From contig JAAPAO010000394.1 of assembly GCA_013115145.1 (NCBI GenBank), positions 1 through 33,415 of the forward strand: DNA of 33,415 nucleotides, read 5' to 3'. The translations under genes and the position numbers were made by a program. This stretch comes from Perkinsus chesapeaki ATCC PRA-425 (lineage: Eukaryota > Protista > Perkinsozoa). Positions 8,557-21,395 of the stretch are shown piece by piece (the stretch's first letter is position 1; each line of letters starts with the position of its first letter). The notes under the pieces are model-generated. The model saw nothing but the letters and a program-made list of their open reading frames with translations. It was not told the DNA's origin and made no database searches.

Positions 8557-10176
8557 ATGCTCCAAGTGTCCCCTAATACTGCCGAATCTCCCGAAATCCT
8601 CCATCGTGGGGAACGCTTCCTATGTCCAGAAGAGGCAGCTGAGCTAAACGAACAGATCGACGGATCTGGTATGATATTCGAAGAGGTCGAGTACCCTCCT
8701 GTTGCCCCTCCCTCCTCAGCCAATAGGCGTACTAAGGCAAAAGCTAAGGCTAAATCGTTAGGGAAAAGAAGGAAGGTAAGCTATAAGGGAACTCCTAACA
8801 GAAATACAGCTTCAATTTAGACGACGTCATCGTCATCATCTTCACCTACTTCCAGCCAAACTGCCACTTCTCCCGGATCGCCTCGCCAGTCGGCGGCACC
8901 TAAACGTCGAGGCCGCCCTAGTAAGACTGCGGCACCCGCTAGCTTACCGTTGAATACTGCAAGTGAAGATGATGATGACGAGGGAATAGAGGAATTGCCG
9001 AACTTGGAGGGGTTGGCTGGTATAAGAAGGACGGCTTTGTTAGATGTACTTAAGGGTATTAAAAGTGACAGTAGGAAGAGGGAGCAGCATAATGACTCTA
9101 TTTACTACTGGTACGGTACTGCTACCTTCCCTGAACAAGTGGAAGGGGCGAAGCCCAAAGCCTATCAGCTACCGACGGACTTGGGAACCATTCGAGAGAA
9201 TGTTATCAAGGGGAACTACGAAACCCACCTCGCTATGGAGAAGGATATTAATAAGATTGTCAGACATGGTTTGAAAGGTTTTCCAAGCGATTCGGGGCCA
9301 TTTAGAGCCGCGGAGAGGCTGAATAAGTTGGCTGCTGGTTTGGTTCAAAAAGCATCTTATAGGATAAACAACGAGGACTATAAGGAGAAGTATATCTCCA
9401 CGGAAATCATGGCTGCTATATTCACTAAGGAAGGGGCGAGCTCAGTGGGTAGCAGCCCGAAGAAGGAGAAACGTGAGGCCAAACAAGGTATCAAGAAGGG
9501 GGGTAGCAAGAAGAGCAGCAAAGGTGAAGGTACTCGAAGCAAGGATTCTGAGAAGAACCTGGAGGCTTTGAATAGTCAGATTGCAGCTTTACAGGAGAAG
9601 TTGGCAGAGCTGGCTGATCAGGGGGTGTCACTTACACGTGCGCCAACAACCTCACCGGGCAGTCCACCGGAAGGAGGGGTCGGAAGGAGCAGCCAGGCGC
9701 CGCTGCCTTTGACTTTGGATGAAAAAAGCAAGCTTGAAGACGATATGAATCAGCTTACAGCTGAGGATCTGGCCTTGGTGGTCGAGAAGAAATTGAAAGG
9801 TCGTCCGGGTGTGGTATTGGATCCAGCAACTGGTCAGCTGTGCGAGCTGGATGTAGATCTGATGTCGGCGAGAGATCAGAGGAATCTTAAACGATACGTC
9901 GCCCGCCTGTTGAACCTACATAATCAAAAGGTAAAGGAGAACGAGGAGAGGGCTAGAGAGATAGTGGCTCATGAGAAGGCAGTGGCTCAACTTCAGGCTG
10001 AAAGGGCACTTAAAAGGAAGTATAGGGGAGGAGATCATTCAAGTAGCAGCAGTAGTAGTGATGATGATGACAGCAGTAGCTCATCGGGTAGTAGCAGTAG
10101 TGATAGCAGTGATGACGAGGGGTCTGGGAAGGATGAACTTAGTAAGATATATGAGAAGGGTACTGGTGCGGTGTGA
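8557..10176 (+). CDS. BET/GTE-like protein: AT-hook, atypical bromodomain, coiled coil, ET domain and Ser/Asp-rich tail; 2 exons
   Basis: Intron 8776-8820 keeps the frame. AT-hook KRRGRPSK (8902-8925); bromodomain-like PTDLGTIRENVIKGNY...KDINKI...AAERL; ET-like LTLDEKSKLEDDMNQL...ELDVDLMSARDQRNLKRYV. The start codon is uncertain. Confidence 0.8.
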
Positions 10177-10524
10177 AGGAGGCCAGCGTCTGGAGGATTA
10201 CTGTAAGATTTATACTGCTGTCGAGGTCCCCGCTGGATAAAGAGTAAAGCCTTCTTGATGAGCTATGCATTGGTTATTAATTCGTAGTGTTTGGCTCGGA
10301 CTGTGAGCCCAAGTGATTTTGATTGAATAAGTGAAAAAAGTCGGCCCTGTTAGCCACCGCTGTCATATTCTCAGAAGTGTTTCCTGAGCCGAGCTACTGT
10401 CGAGTTCCGGTGAATCTTTAGTCACCAGTGGCAGCAGTGACACGGCAGCGCGAACAGACTCCCTATTTTGAGGAAAAACCGCTACTTCGACCGCTGTAGT
10501 CTTTCAATTTGTTTTTCTCGTTAT

Positions 10525-11730
10525 ATGGCACCAAGCAAAGCTGTGAAGGAGTCTGCCTTGGATTTCGGCTTCCTGCGACTTGTCTACTCCCATGCTCGTC
10601 AGGCTCGCTTGGAAAGGGGAACGAACTCGAGTGCCGATACAGGAACTGGACGGCTTGAGCAGGTCATAAGGGATGTAGCCGAGGGGGTTAGGAAGGCATT
10701 GAGGGCAAAACGGTTCTTGAAAGGAGGGGCGTATGATAGGGGCCCGAGGGGATCTAGAAAGGGAAGCTCGAGGGTCAAGCAGAAAAGGAGCGGCGGCGCT
10801 AGTGTAGGCAAGAAGAAAGGAAATCGAAGCCCGCATGAGGGGAGGCATCATGGTGTTCGCCACCGCCGACGGGGGAGGGTTGGCTCATCGGAGGCGTGTG
10901 GCTCGGGTGATGAGAGCTCGATGGGAAGTGATGAGGATAAGAAGAGATTCCGTAGGAAAGGGGAAAGAAAGGGAGCTCGGAGTTCTTCGAAACTCGACAC
11001 TAAGTCAAAGGCAGGAGGCGGGCGCACAGCATCTGCGGTTGTTGAAGGTCACCAAGGAAATGGTAGAGGCAGTAGAGCTCTGGGGGCTGGAAGACTTGTC
11101 ACTGACGAGGCCAATAGAGCCTACTTCCGACGAACCCTGGATGATCCCGGTCATTTAAAGTCGATCGTGCCCGACGGGCATGATGATCGAGTAGCCGGGA
11201 GGCTTAATCTTCACAGTGTCGATGGAGTGTCGCGAAATGAGAAAGGGGTAACGGAGCATAGCTCCATGCGCAGCTCTACTCGGAAACGGGGGCGGTTGGT
11301 TGCACGGCCGAACGCACGGCTACTGTGCTTCACTCTGCTTGAGGAGGGATGCCTTAAAGTGAGGATTGACTCGTCGGTTAGTCACCTTGTAGCGCTTGAC
11401 AATTTACTAAGACGCGTGGAGCCCAGAGTGCACGACTTTCGAGGCCTAAGTGTTGTTTTCGGTCATTCTTTGGAGAGTCTCCTAGCGACATGCGAAGAGC
11501 GTCTAAGCTGGGGAAGGGACGTCGATGTTATAAGAGATATACAACTGTATTGGTTAGGGGATGCAAAACGTTACGAGGGTCTCAAGAGGCGAGCGATGAT
11601 AGAAGACCGATACGATCTATTGGAACAAGAAGTGGAGTATTATAGAGATAAAAGCAGCATTGTTAAAGAGCTGGAGAAGCTAGACAAGAAAAGGGACATA
11701 GCGAGGCAGAGAGGAGTAAGTTTGGTGTAG
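10525..11730 (+). CDS. Hypothetical protein with an Arg/Lys/Gly/Ser-rich N-terminal half
   Basis: Open frame of 401 aa from the first ATG, with a globular-looking C-terminus. No domain recognised. Confidence 0.65.
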   Translation: MAPSKAVKESALDFGFLRLVYSHARQARLERGTNSSADTGTGRLEQVIRDVAEGVRKALRAKRFLKGGAYDRGPRGSRKGSSRVKQKRSGGASVGKKKGNRSPHEGRHHGVRHRRRGRVGSSEACGSGDESSMGSDEDKKRFRRKGERKGARSSSKLDTKSKAGGGRTASAVVEGHQGNGRGSRALGAGRLVTDEANRAYFRRTLDDPGHLKSIVPDGHDDRVAGRLNLHSVDGVSRNEKGVTEHSSMRSSTRKRGRLVARPNARLLCFTLLEEGCLKVRIDSSVSHLVALDNLLRRVEPRVHDFRGLSVVFGHSLESLLATCEERLSWGRDVDVIRDIQLYWLGDAKRYEGLKRRAMIEDRYDLLEQEVEYYRDKSSIVKELEKLDKKRDIARQRGVSLV

Positions 11731-11863
11731 CGCGCGTTTGCTAAATAGTTGTGGCTTGTGGTGTTACTTGTTATGGCTCGGTTTGGTGCAACGAATGATG
11801 TTCGTTCTCTCCAAGGCTGATTTTCTGCTCTCCGCAGGGTCAAAATTCTTTGAAACTATAAAA

Positions 11864-11937
11864 TACTCCGGGCGGGACTTGAACCCGCAACCTTTGGATT
11901 AGAAGTCCAACGCTCTATCCGATTGAGCCACCGGAGC
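11864..11937 (-). tRNA. tRNA-Arg(TCT), solo copy
   Basis: GCTCCGGTGGCTCAATCGGATAGAGCGTTGGACTTCTAATCCAAAGGTTGCGGGTTCAAGTCCCGCCCGGAGTA, followed immediately by TTTT. Confidence 0.97.
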
Positions 11938-13222
11938 ACTGAAATCAGTGGAGTTTGCAGTGCGGCTGGCAGTCTGCCCTTAACATTATGCTCCACTCTG
12001 TCGATCCCTTTCTATCAGATTCTCTGTCCCCGAACCTCACGTCGCCGTGACACCATGTCTACCAAACACGGCCAATCCACAGCCTCGTGCGATCTCGTAA
12101 GTTCCCACTCCCTGCTTGCCAACAATTGCCTGTAGTACGTCCTTAGGCATCTGAAGCTTCCTATTCTCGCTGCGACGCGGAAGAAGGGCCGATAAATCAT
12201 CTCGTGCGGGTGCGTCATACAAGTGTGATCAATCGCCCAGTATCAATTTCAGCCACCGTGGACCCGCCCTCCTCTGTGTCGGCGGTCGGCTACAAAACAG
12301 TCTCCACGCGATCCCCTAGTCGGATACGGTCTTCTCGGAGCCCCTATCTACGATAAGGTAAGCGCACTCCGGAATGGTGCGAATGGTGGTGTTCCGCTCC
12401 TCCGCTCGGCTTGCGCTTTCCAGTGGTGTATTATACAGGGTGTTCATTCAGTATTACATGGCTGTATTACTATCTAGTAAATATACAGAGTATCGTTTTT
12501 CATGTCCTCATTCATCGGGGCTTGCCATCTTGTTGTATTCTCAGGCAAATGGTGCCGCCGATGTGATCTCTGCTGTAAATGAGACACGGAAGCACTCCTG
12601 TGGCCTCTCCTCGCTATGGGGGAATGTCTATCGGACGCAGAACAACAGAACGGGCTTTTGCCACAATCTTTCATGAGCTCATGCTGCCTTCAATCCGGTT
12701 TTCTGCTGCGCTCACCACGATGCATGATTCCTTTACATTGATCAACGATATTGTTTGGTTCAGTTCCGGCTACACACAGCACGAATAAATCACGTGGAAT
12801 AAACGCTCTAAAACATCTGTTCTGAAAGCAGAATTAGATCAATAACGCCGAGCGCAGTGATCACATGAAAGAGCTCAAGTCCATACTTGGTAGTATTTGA
12901 ATGACGTCTGTTGTTGCTTCTGGCAATGTCAACATCATCCTCAAGCCGCGGTGGAAGTAGGTTTGGCATGCACGGTCATGAGTCACGAGGCATCGCGCGA
13001 GCTGTTAAGAAAGGCCAGGAGCGACGGAGACCAGGGAAGGCTTCACCTCTACTTGGTATGGTTATGGTGGCGCAGCAGCAAGGAGGACAAGGACAAGTGA
13101 GGCCAACTGGGTTGCTAGTAGAAGCTAATGTCATCTTTCTCGCTTCCGGGTTGGAATATGTCAGCCCTTGTCAGGTGTGTTTTTGGCATCCTAGAACCCT
13201 GACCTCGTCCTCACAGTACTAT

Positions 13223-16200
13223 ATGGCAGAGCATCACCTCCACCAACCACAGTCCAGTTCACCTCCGAGCCCTACAGCCGAGGGCACGGGTCCCAACTCA
13301 ACTGAGCCTAGAATCCTGGGGATAGGTCTCAGCGAGTTTGCCAAGTTTGCTGGGCCATGTGGATCATGGAATAATAGACGGTTTGACTTCGAGATGGATT
13401 CGGGACCACTGGATCTACCAGAGGCAATCAAGGTGGCAGCCAGCTCCACTCAGACGACAACTACAGCAAGTCCCTGCTTCCGCTGTGAAACAAACCCTGC
13501 CTGGAACCATCTGAGGTAAAAAAGCCCCCGTCGTTCTCCCCTTAAGACTTCGTTCTCCCCTTAAGACTACCTACTTTGTATTTAGGTTCGTTTGCTACCC
13601 GTGTGATTGCACCCGGCCCATAGTCGGTCCAGGCGTCCGAGGTCCTCCGTCCAGGACAACAGCTAGCAGAAGAGCTGGTAGCTCGGAGTCGACCACAGGT
13701 ATGAGATAATCAGCACTCTGGGAAGTAGTTGCATACATCGGTTGGATTTAGGTGGAAATAGGCGAAGTCGGTCCATGCTGAGGAGCTCTCAAAGCCAGGT
13801 ATGCGATCTTCGTGCACTCCTTCGATTTTACACTATGTGATTCCGAACGTTAGAATTCCTCCCACTTGAACTGTTCACAAATGTACTTTGGTATACCACG
13901 AGGCTGTGTTCCTCCGTGTCAGGCCGTCAGCTGGTTTAACATTGTTCTAGTCTTCGATGCCCGTCGAGTCACTCTTAGGTCCACAACTGTCCATTTTCAA
14001 GTGAGTGCTACTGCTGCTGACTTGCACGCTCATACCGACTTTCTCAGGCTGTTCAGACGATCTCCCGGGCATTGGTTGCCGAGGAGAACCGTTGTGGTTA
14101 TCTATCAGAGCAAGTGAAGGGTCTCCTGGCTCGCTTCACGTCACCGCCAGGAGCCAGCCAGGTATCATCATCAAGGCAACCTCCTCATATGGCCATGATA
14201 TCCACTTCTAGAGTACTCGGAAACATTCCACTCCATCTGTGACGGCGTCACCCGACTCGTCCAGCCCTCTTATCGAGCCTCGAGTTAGGCATTCGTCGAC
14301 AGATGCTGCGAGCGAGGCTGGTCAAGATCTAGTTGACACTTTGGTAGGTCTGTGCATTTGGCATCCCCTGTCACTAATTAACGTTTGAGAGTGTCGAGCG
14401 ACTACCACTTCCTCTTCCTTCGTTGTCCAAAGCTGTAGCATGTCCCCTTCCTTAAAGTGCTAAGCTTGGCTCTGCCTTACTTTTCTAGGGGTATCCTGTA
14501 GCTCCGTAGCACTGTCTGAAATTATAACCAAGCGCTCTTTCAGACCCGCGTCTTCACTGCTCTCAGCGAAGGTCCCACAACTTCCCTCGTCGTAAACAAC
14601 TCTGTTAGAGTGGTTATCAGCGGTCATGCCGAGGCAGACTCCTTTCTTCCTCGATACGGTGATCCTCCATTGCCATTAGAGGCCAGCAACTGCGGTATGG
14701 ACGCTACTCTGGACAAGACCCTTCTCCTAGTGAAGGCCAAAGGGGATTATACCTCGCCCATACCAACCGCAAGTGCAGCTACTGGGCAAGGTGGCACACA
14801 GTAAGTGTAAAGGAGCTACTTGTCCCGGCAAGCATTTGCCTCAGGAGTCCTGCGTCTGGCGGCTTGAGCGACGGCCAAGTCGGACCCGCGGGCACGGCTG
14901 CGGCGACCCATAGTCAAACGGCTCGGCTTGTCTTAGACTCTATTACGTCCACCAAGTCTTTGGCAGATGTGGCACGCGCCCTGAAAATACCACAAGGTAA
15001 GGGTATTAAAGATTCCATAATGTGCTGTTTGTGGCAAGTAGCAAGTGCTATTGCTGGACGTTGATATGATTCACAGACCGCTTTGGGGATATTATTAGAC
15101 GATCTAGCTGCTCTCCAGATCTACTTTTCTTACCCCTATCTTTTCCTAGTTGATAAATTCATCGTAACCTGCTCTATTGTCATAATAGAGAAGGTTCTCT
15201 ATCTTCTCATTGTACTAATTCCTTAGAGAAGTCCGTAGCAGGTACGGTATTGAGGATAGCTCGAGGGCTAGTGGCTCGGGGGGAGGCAAGAGTCATACCA
15301 GTTCTTCAGAAAACACAAGTAGGAAGGAGTCCCGCCCACGCCCGGTGGCAGCAGCTTGACCTAGATACTGGTGCCTAACCCAAGCGCAATGCCTCTCATC
15401 AGAGAGGACCTACAGGACTTTGAACTCAAGTTTTCATCAGCTGAAGTAGACATTCTGATTGCTATTGTGTCGTCATCTTCAGCTCAGATGATACCCCAAA
15501 TAATATATGCATTCTCCCATGGTGATCCGTTGATGGAAGTGCGTCGGAGGTGCGAGGACATTGTACCGTCCAAGGGTTTTGCTGACTTGGCTACCTGGCT
15601 TCTAGAACGGGATCAACTGGTTCACATGGCGCTGTAACTAACCTTCAATCGCTATAGGATCTCCAGCTGGGAACATCTTCCCAGGTACCTGCACTACAAC
15701 CCTCCCCTGTATGCACCTCGTGGTCTGAGGTCAAAGTCAGCCCCAGCTACCGCAGCTTCAACAGCGGCGAGCGCGCAGCTTCGAACTGGGAATGAGCCAT
15801 TCGGGACCACGCTGAGTGGAAGGGAGAATCTAGTGGAGCCTCTTGAAAGCGACAAAGTCCTCGCTGAACAGATATGGAGGGACCTTCCCAGGAATCTCTT
15901 TTCCCTCGATGAGGTCAGCACTATGATTTCTAACGTAACCTTACCGGTCATTCAGATACGTCATGTCATCCAAGCTCTCTGGCAGTGTAACTTGCCGGGT
16001 GGCCCCGACTCCCTAGATGTCATGTTTGTGCTTTCGGTTATCCAGAACTGCGTGAAGGCCCATATGGACATTGACTCTATTTGGTAGCCTCACCCATCAT
16101 CAGCGCATGCTTCTCCTGTACCATTATAACCTATACCATTGACACCGCTACTACCGCTACAAGCTCTATCTAGTACAGCACCGGATGATATTCGTTCCTC

Positions 16201-16357
16201 TTAGTAGTGCCACTCGGCATCCATCTTATCTAGCAGTTCGTGCAGTGCTCCACATACCGCTTTCAGGTACATGCTGGTTCGAGAGCATTTCATGGATGAA
16301 AGGAAGCTGGTGTTGATGAAAGAGCTTCTTACGGATGCGAGATCATCTCGAGAGTAG
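13223..16357 (+). CDS. Multi-exon hypothetical protein (approximate extent)
   Basis: Chain of protein-like segments separated by GT-AG introns (MAEHHLHQ..., ...FELKFSSAEVDILIAIV..., ...LAEQIWRDLPRNLFSLDEV...). The full splice path was not resolved. Confidence 0.4.
13531..13568 (+). repeat. Perfect 19-bp tandem duplication in a predicted intron
   Basis: TCGTTCTCCCCTTAAGACT occurs twice in tandem. Confidence 0.9.
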
Positions 16358-16625
16358 GCAGGTCCAGGTCCAGGCTTATATTCCTATCATAGATACCCCC
16401 CGCCGCTCTTCACCATATACAAAGCGATGCCTCGCCTCAATCGGTGTGGTCGAGCACGATGACCATTTCTACCATTCCCAGATACTTATGCCGAGAATGC
16501 TTCTGACTGATATTCACACTTGACGTTTCAATTCTCCAACTGATTGACTCTAGTTCCTGCACTCATGTGGCTTGGCACATACCTCGCGTAGTTGTGTATC
16601 GGACACTGTTGAGTGGCTGTCTCTC

Positions 16626-19338
16626 ATGTCTGCTAGCTCCGCCGCCTCATCTACTGCGCGGTACCTGCCTCTGATTGTCGCTGCTGGCGGTCTAGGTATG
16701 TGCTTCTAGTATCTTCACATGTCACCTTTCTAGCTTGACCAGGTAGCTCAGCTTTGGCATGGCACCGAACAGATAAACAGCGAAGAGATGGCGTTCGGCG
16801 GTCCTTCACATTCTGGTCGACGGCGCTGCCGGCTTTTGCAGCTTACAAGGCCGTTGAATGGTGAAATGCTGCCTTCTGCATAGGAAGTGCTCATTCGTAC
16901 TAGGTACGCCGAGTCCTCGCCACCATCACTGCGGCCAACAAGCGAGCAGGCAGATCACCTCTACGAGAGCCTCCACGAGAAGTATAGTCCGGTCGTCCGC
17001 GATGCAACCGTGAAGCTGCGAGGCTTCTACCTTAAAGCTAGCCAAATGATGAGCTTGCGCGACGAGTTTTTGCCGCGGCAGTATTTAGAGTGCGTTGGAC
17101 TATTGCCTCCTCCTAACATAGATTGTCCTCTCAGGTGGTGCCGAAAAATGCAGGACAAAGCTCCCGTGGTCATGTCATTCCAGGAGGCCGAACAGGTGAA
17201 CTATTTCACTTAGCCTCACCTTACGGACCATTTTGCAACATCTCATTGAGATGCGCCATTGCGAATAAAATAGTCAGCGCTGCTGTGAATCGCAAAGTCG
17301 CCATCGTTTACCTATCAAGCGCGACGGCGATGTGATAGAAGGGGAATTGAGGTTTCCGCCTTCTGGGCCTGGTGGCTCTCATCGCACTTCCCATATGTAG
17401 TTTAGGTCATTAAACACGAGCTGGGAATTGCCGATTTATCGGAGATCTTCCAATTTGTTGACCCCCATCCAGTGGGCAGTGCCAGCATAGGTCAGTGCTA
17501 TCGAGGTGTCCTTCGGCAAGAGTACGGCGGCCATGAAGTGGCAATAAAGGTAAGCAAGAGTCTCTCATTAAGAGGGCGCTGCAGGTCCCGAGCTGACTGA
17601 CGGCGGTTTTAGGTTCAACCGGAGAACATTGAAGAGCAGTTCCGGGCAGACCTGTCGTCATGTCGTGCGTTCTGCAAAATGGCCCTACCACAATTAGTAA
17701 GGAGCTTGCCCTGTGCAATGCCATGAGTGCAGTTATGGAGTTTCAGGTTCAACCTTTGGATGAGATAGAGGCACAGTTTTTAACGGAGTTTGATTATCGA
17801 TTGGAGGCTGAAAATATGGAAGAGATTCGGCATCAAATAATGCCAAAATGGGGAAGCAAGTAGGTGGACTCGTCTTGCCTAATGCGCTGGTATTCCTGGA
17901 ATGACCTATATTTAACGGCTGCGATGAAACCCTATTCAAGTAGAGCTAATTTAGAATAGAGATAACGACATTAAACCGTTATCCCTTCGGTAAATACCAT
18001 AGAGATCACCAACTTTATCTGCCGCACTTTATATTGCTTTGTGTTTTCCTTTTGTAGAGTTGTGATTCCAAGGTCATATCTGAATCTCTGCACCAAAAGG
18101 GTCCTAGTGATGGAGTATCTCAAAGGTATACAATGGCAGAAATGCAGGCATCCTCTACCTTACCTAACGGTAATAGGTGGTACGAAGCTTCTCGATGGCC
18201 TGATGGATTTCCTTCGCCGAGAAGCCGATCGGCAAGGACGCCCTGTTGAGGAGCTGGAGAGAGAGCATGTCGAGCGGCTGCGGCAGATGAAAAGTAAACT
18301 TAGTGCGAATCTAGTTGTTCTTCCATGTTGGCTGGCATAGGTTTGTCCCATACAACAGCTGAAGCTTACAAGCAAACTGCTCGGCATCTACTAGTCCGAT
18401 CTTGGGACACTCTTTGTGGGGCTGCCTACATTTGCACCTTCGGTAAGCATTCTCTGGACGATGCTCTCGCTCGAATGCGGAGGGGCTCAGCCTCCAATCT
18501 TGCATTTGAGTGAGCGTTTTTGTTCGCCTCAGGAACATTAGGGCACTGGGGGTTTACGCCACTACCACCCAACACTGCAGATTTGTTAGCTACCGTTATG
18601 GAAGTGCATGGCGAACAAGTAAACATCGATCACCAGTGGGCCCCTACACTTTCTTCTAGGTGTTCACACATGGCACCTTCAATGGCGATCCACACCCAGG
18701 AAACATACTCCTAATGCCCGATGGGAGACTTGGACTAATTGACTTCGGCCAGGCACGTCTCGGGCTTCATCGCTCTCCAGCCAATGGTGCGATCAGGTTA
18801 AGCGATTGGACCCTGATTTCCAAGAGCAGATGGCACGCTTGATCATCGCCTTGAATGAGCATGATGACGACACTACCATGAAGGTGAGATGCGGCGCGTC
18901 CCACTGATTGAGCCAGATTTTCAAACTACTTCAGATTCTCTTCGCCACTGGCTATCGTCACAAGTATAATAACCCAGAAATTGCGAAGCGTCTGATTGCG
19001 TTTTGGTTAGACCGTGATACATCTCCGGATGTCATCCCTGATGGTGAGCTCTCCTTCGCCTCGAAGTTTTCCCATTATTTCCCCTCAGGTATGAACATAC
19101 ACCAGTTCCTAGAGGAAATGGAGAAGCAGGATCCTGCTGTGTCAATATCTCAAGATGCGGTCATGGTTTGTAGGTGCGTGCTCGCGCAGCATAGTAGGTA
19201 TGAATTCCTACGGCTTTGCGGTGTAGGTGCAGCGTTATGATTCGCTCGCTGGCTCTGGCCTTCGGTCTTCGAGTGAGAACCACCGACTATTGGAGGCCCT
19301 ACGCAGAGGGGTACTTGAAGTCCAGAGGGAAGATGTGA
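16626..19338 (+). CDS. ABC1/ADCK (UbiB-family) atypical protein kinase, many introns
   Basis: Motifs: [80 protein letters not shown]. The N-terminus is hydrophobic and the last exon ends YLKSRGKM*. Confidence 0.92.
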
Positions 19339-19671
19339 TGGCGTATTTGCCATTGTTTACGTTATTTTTGCATTGTGTTATATGATACAGCTTATATCTA
19401 AGCATTTGTTTCTGGTTTGGCATAAAGTCAAGTTGAGTTAGTCCAAGGCGCTATGGAACACTCAAGGGCAATGACGCATAAGCCCGAGAAAGGCGATCTG
19501 GCAGCGCACATATCCAATCACTCGCTGGTAGAGGTCAGTCACCACCGGTGGCTACGTATAGGAGACTAGCCAAGCTGAAGATTCGGCATGTTAACCGTTT
19601 TAGCCGACAACTTGTTCGCTATACTGCCTCTATGACTTTGATGTCTGGCTTGAATATAGCGCTCGTCTTCA

Positions 19672-21226
19672 ATGTCTCCAGTTCAAAGGTTGGACCCAAC
19701 CTACGCTTCACTAGTTTACCCATTTGGCAGCGCCATTATTTGGATAGAAAGCTTGGACGCAACCTTTCCGCGGGTTCTCTCGATGCGGACCCGGCCCGCG
19801 GGAGTACAAAGAGGCTGGGGAAAAGCCTTTGCTGCTGCGGAATTTCGTTACAACTGCGCTTTTCCATCATCCTTTCCCCGAAACTCCCATAGGGTTCACA
19901 GTAAGTGTCAATATAAGTGACCCGCTGATAATATATCACCATTCCTTTAACTCTGATAACTTGCAGCGAAGTCTCGTGGTGTCGTTAACTATCAACACAA
20001 ACCACAACGATTATTCTTGAAAACCTCGCAATGGCAACAATATCGTTAACAGCGTTGGTAGGATGCACTTGTGTTGCTGCTGCTGCCTGGTCGCTGCCGG
20101 TATTGCGGAGGCTCGCGTGCTAAGTTCAGTGATGCGGCTGTCATCACCACTATGCTTCATTCATCTCCAATGTTTAGTAGACGCAACATAACGAAACTAG
20201 GCCACAGATTGAACAGGCGACCCTCCTCTAGGATCACCGTATATAAGATTGCTTGTATTCAATCTCCTGTCGTTGCAAACAATCGCAACCTAGTAGTGTG
20301 TCTTACAGGGGCCTTCGGCGGTATATTTCAACGGAACAGCAACATCAGCTGGTATACCGGTTCCGCCTCTTTATTGTTGTCGGGTATGTTGTATAATCGA
20401 AGTAGTACCAGGCAAGCTGCCATAGAGATACATAACCGAGAGAAAAGGTACAATGGAATAGGAGGAGACAGCAACAGGAGTAGGAGGAGCACTGTGGCCC
20501 GCCTTTATGACATATATTAGGTTGTGACTACTACTATTCTAAATAAGGAACAAGGAACAACGTAAAGAGAAGATGGAGGCGAGGAATTGTAGAAGGAGGA
20601 GAAATGGACAATAATGATGATAATGATGATGATGAAGGCTTCCGCATAATTCTCGGATATCAGCAGCCGCCGACCCAGTGGGGACTTCCCACTGTCTATC
20701 ATCACACAAGAGCTTCTAGACCAACAGCCACTTGTAGCATTTACTTTAATGCTGGTAGCAGTGCAGATGGTCAGAGTGCTCCTTGTGGAGAATGCTCCCT
20801 CGGCGGAGGGTGCCAACGGTGATGATGCTGTACATTAGCAGACACTAATGACAGTAGGCTACAGTGAGAATAAGGACAGTAGGTGGTAACCTCCTCGAAG
20901 GATACATCATACGACGATAAGGACGACTACGACTATTAATACAAAGGCCTCGCTGTGAACAAGAGAGGCCGGCAGCACTCCAACACGGCGGCGGCAGCGG
21001 CAGAGAGGATAACCAATGGGAAAGACTGACATCCATTGGTAACCCTAACTGTAAAATAGGACACAAATTAGGAGGAGATGCAGCAGGAAGAACTATTAAT
21101 ACATACTATCAAAACCGCTGCACCTATCGTGGACTCCCAAGTCTCGAGTACCACAGCTACGGCTCGCAATTGTGGGAGCACGTAAAGGCTGGTGGTCTTC
21201 GAGATGGGAGCACGGTAGGCGTCTAA
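19672..21226 (+). CDS. Possible multi-exon hypothetical protein
   Basis: Several protein-like open segments (19672-19920, 20604-20822 and about 20921-21226 ending QLWEHVKAGGLRDGSTVGV*). The splice path was not established. Confidence 0.25.
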
Positions 21227-21395
21227 ATGCGAAAAATGATCTATTTTATCGAACAGAAACTGCAGACATTTTCGAGAGGGAAGATGCCGCTATTATGAAA
21301 TCGGACAAGTAGGCTAAATAGGGACTGAATAATAAGCTAAACAATACAAAACCGCAGGTAGCAGTTCCATACAGCAGAAGATATGATGATAACGA

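Noticed and set aside
11940-12900. Short ORFs on both strands after the solo tRNA
   Set aside because: No consistent exon chain or recognisable domain could be built, so the region is left unannotated.
20608-20635. AAT/GAT microsatellite-like run
   Set aside because: It is short and imperfect, and is explained as Asn/Asp low-complexity coding sequence.
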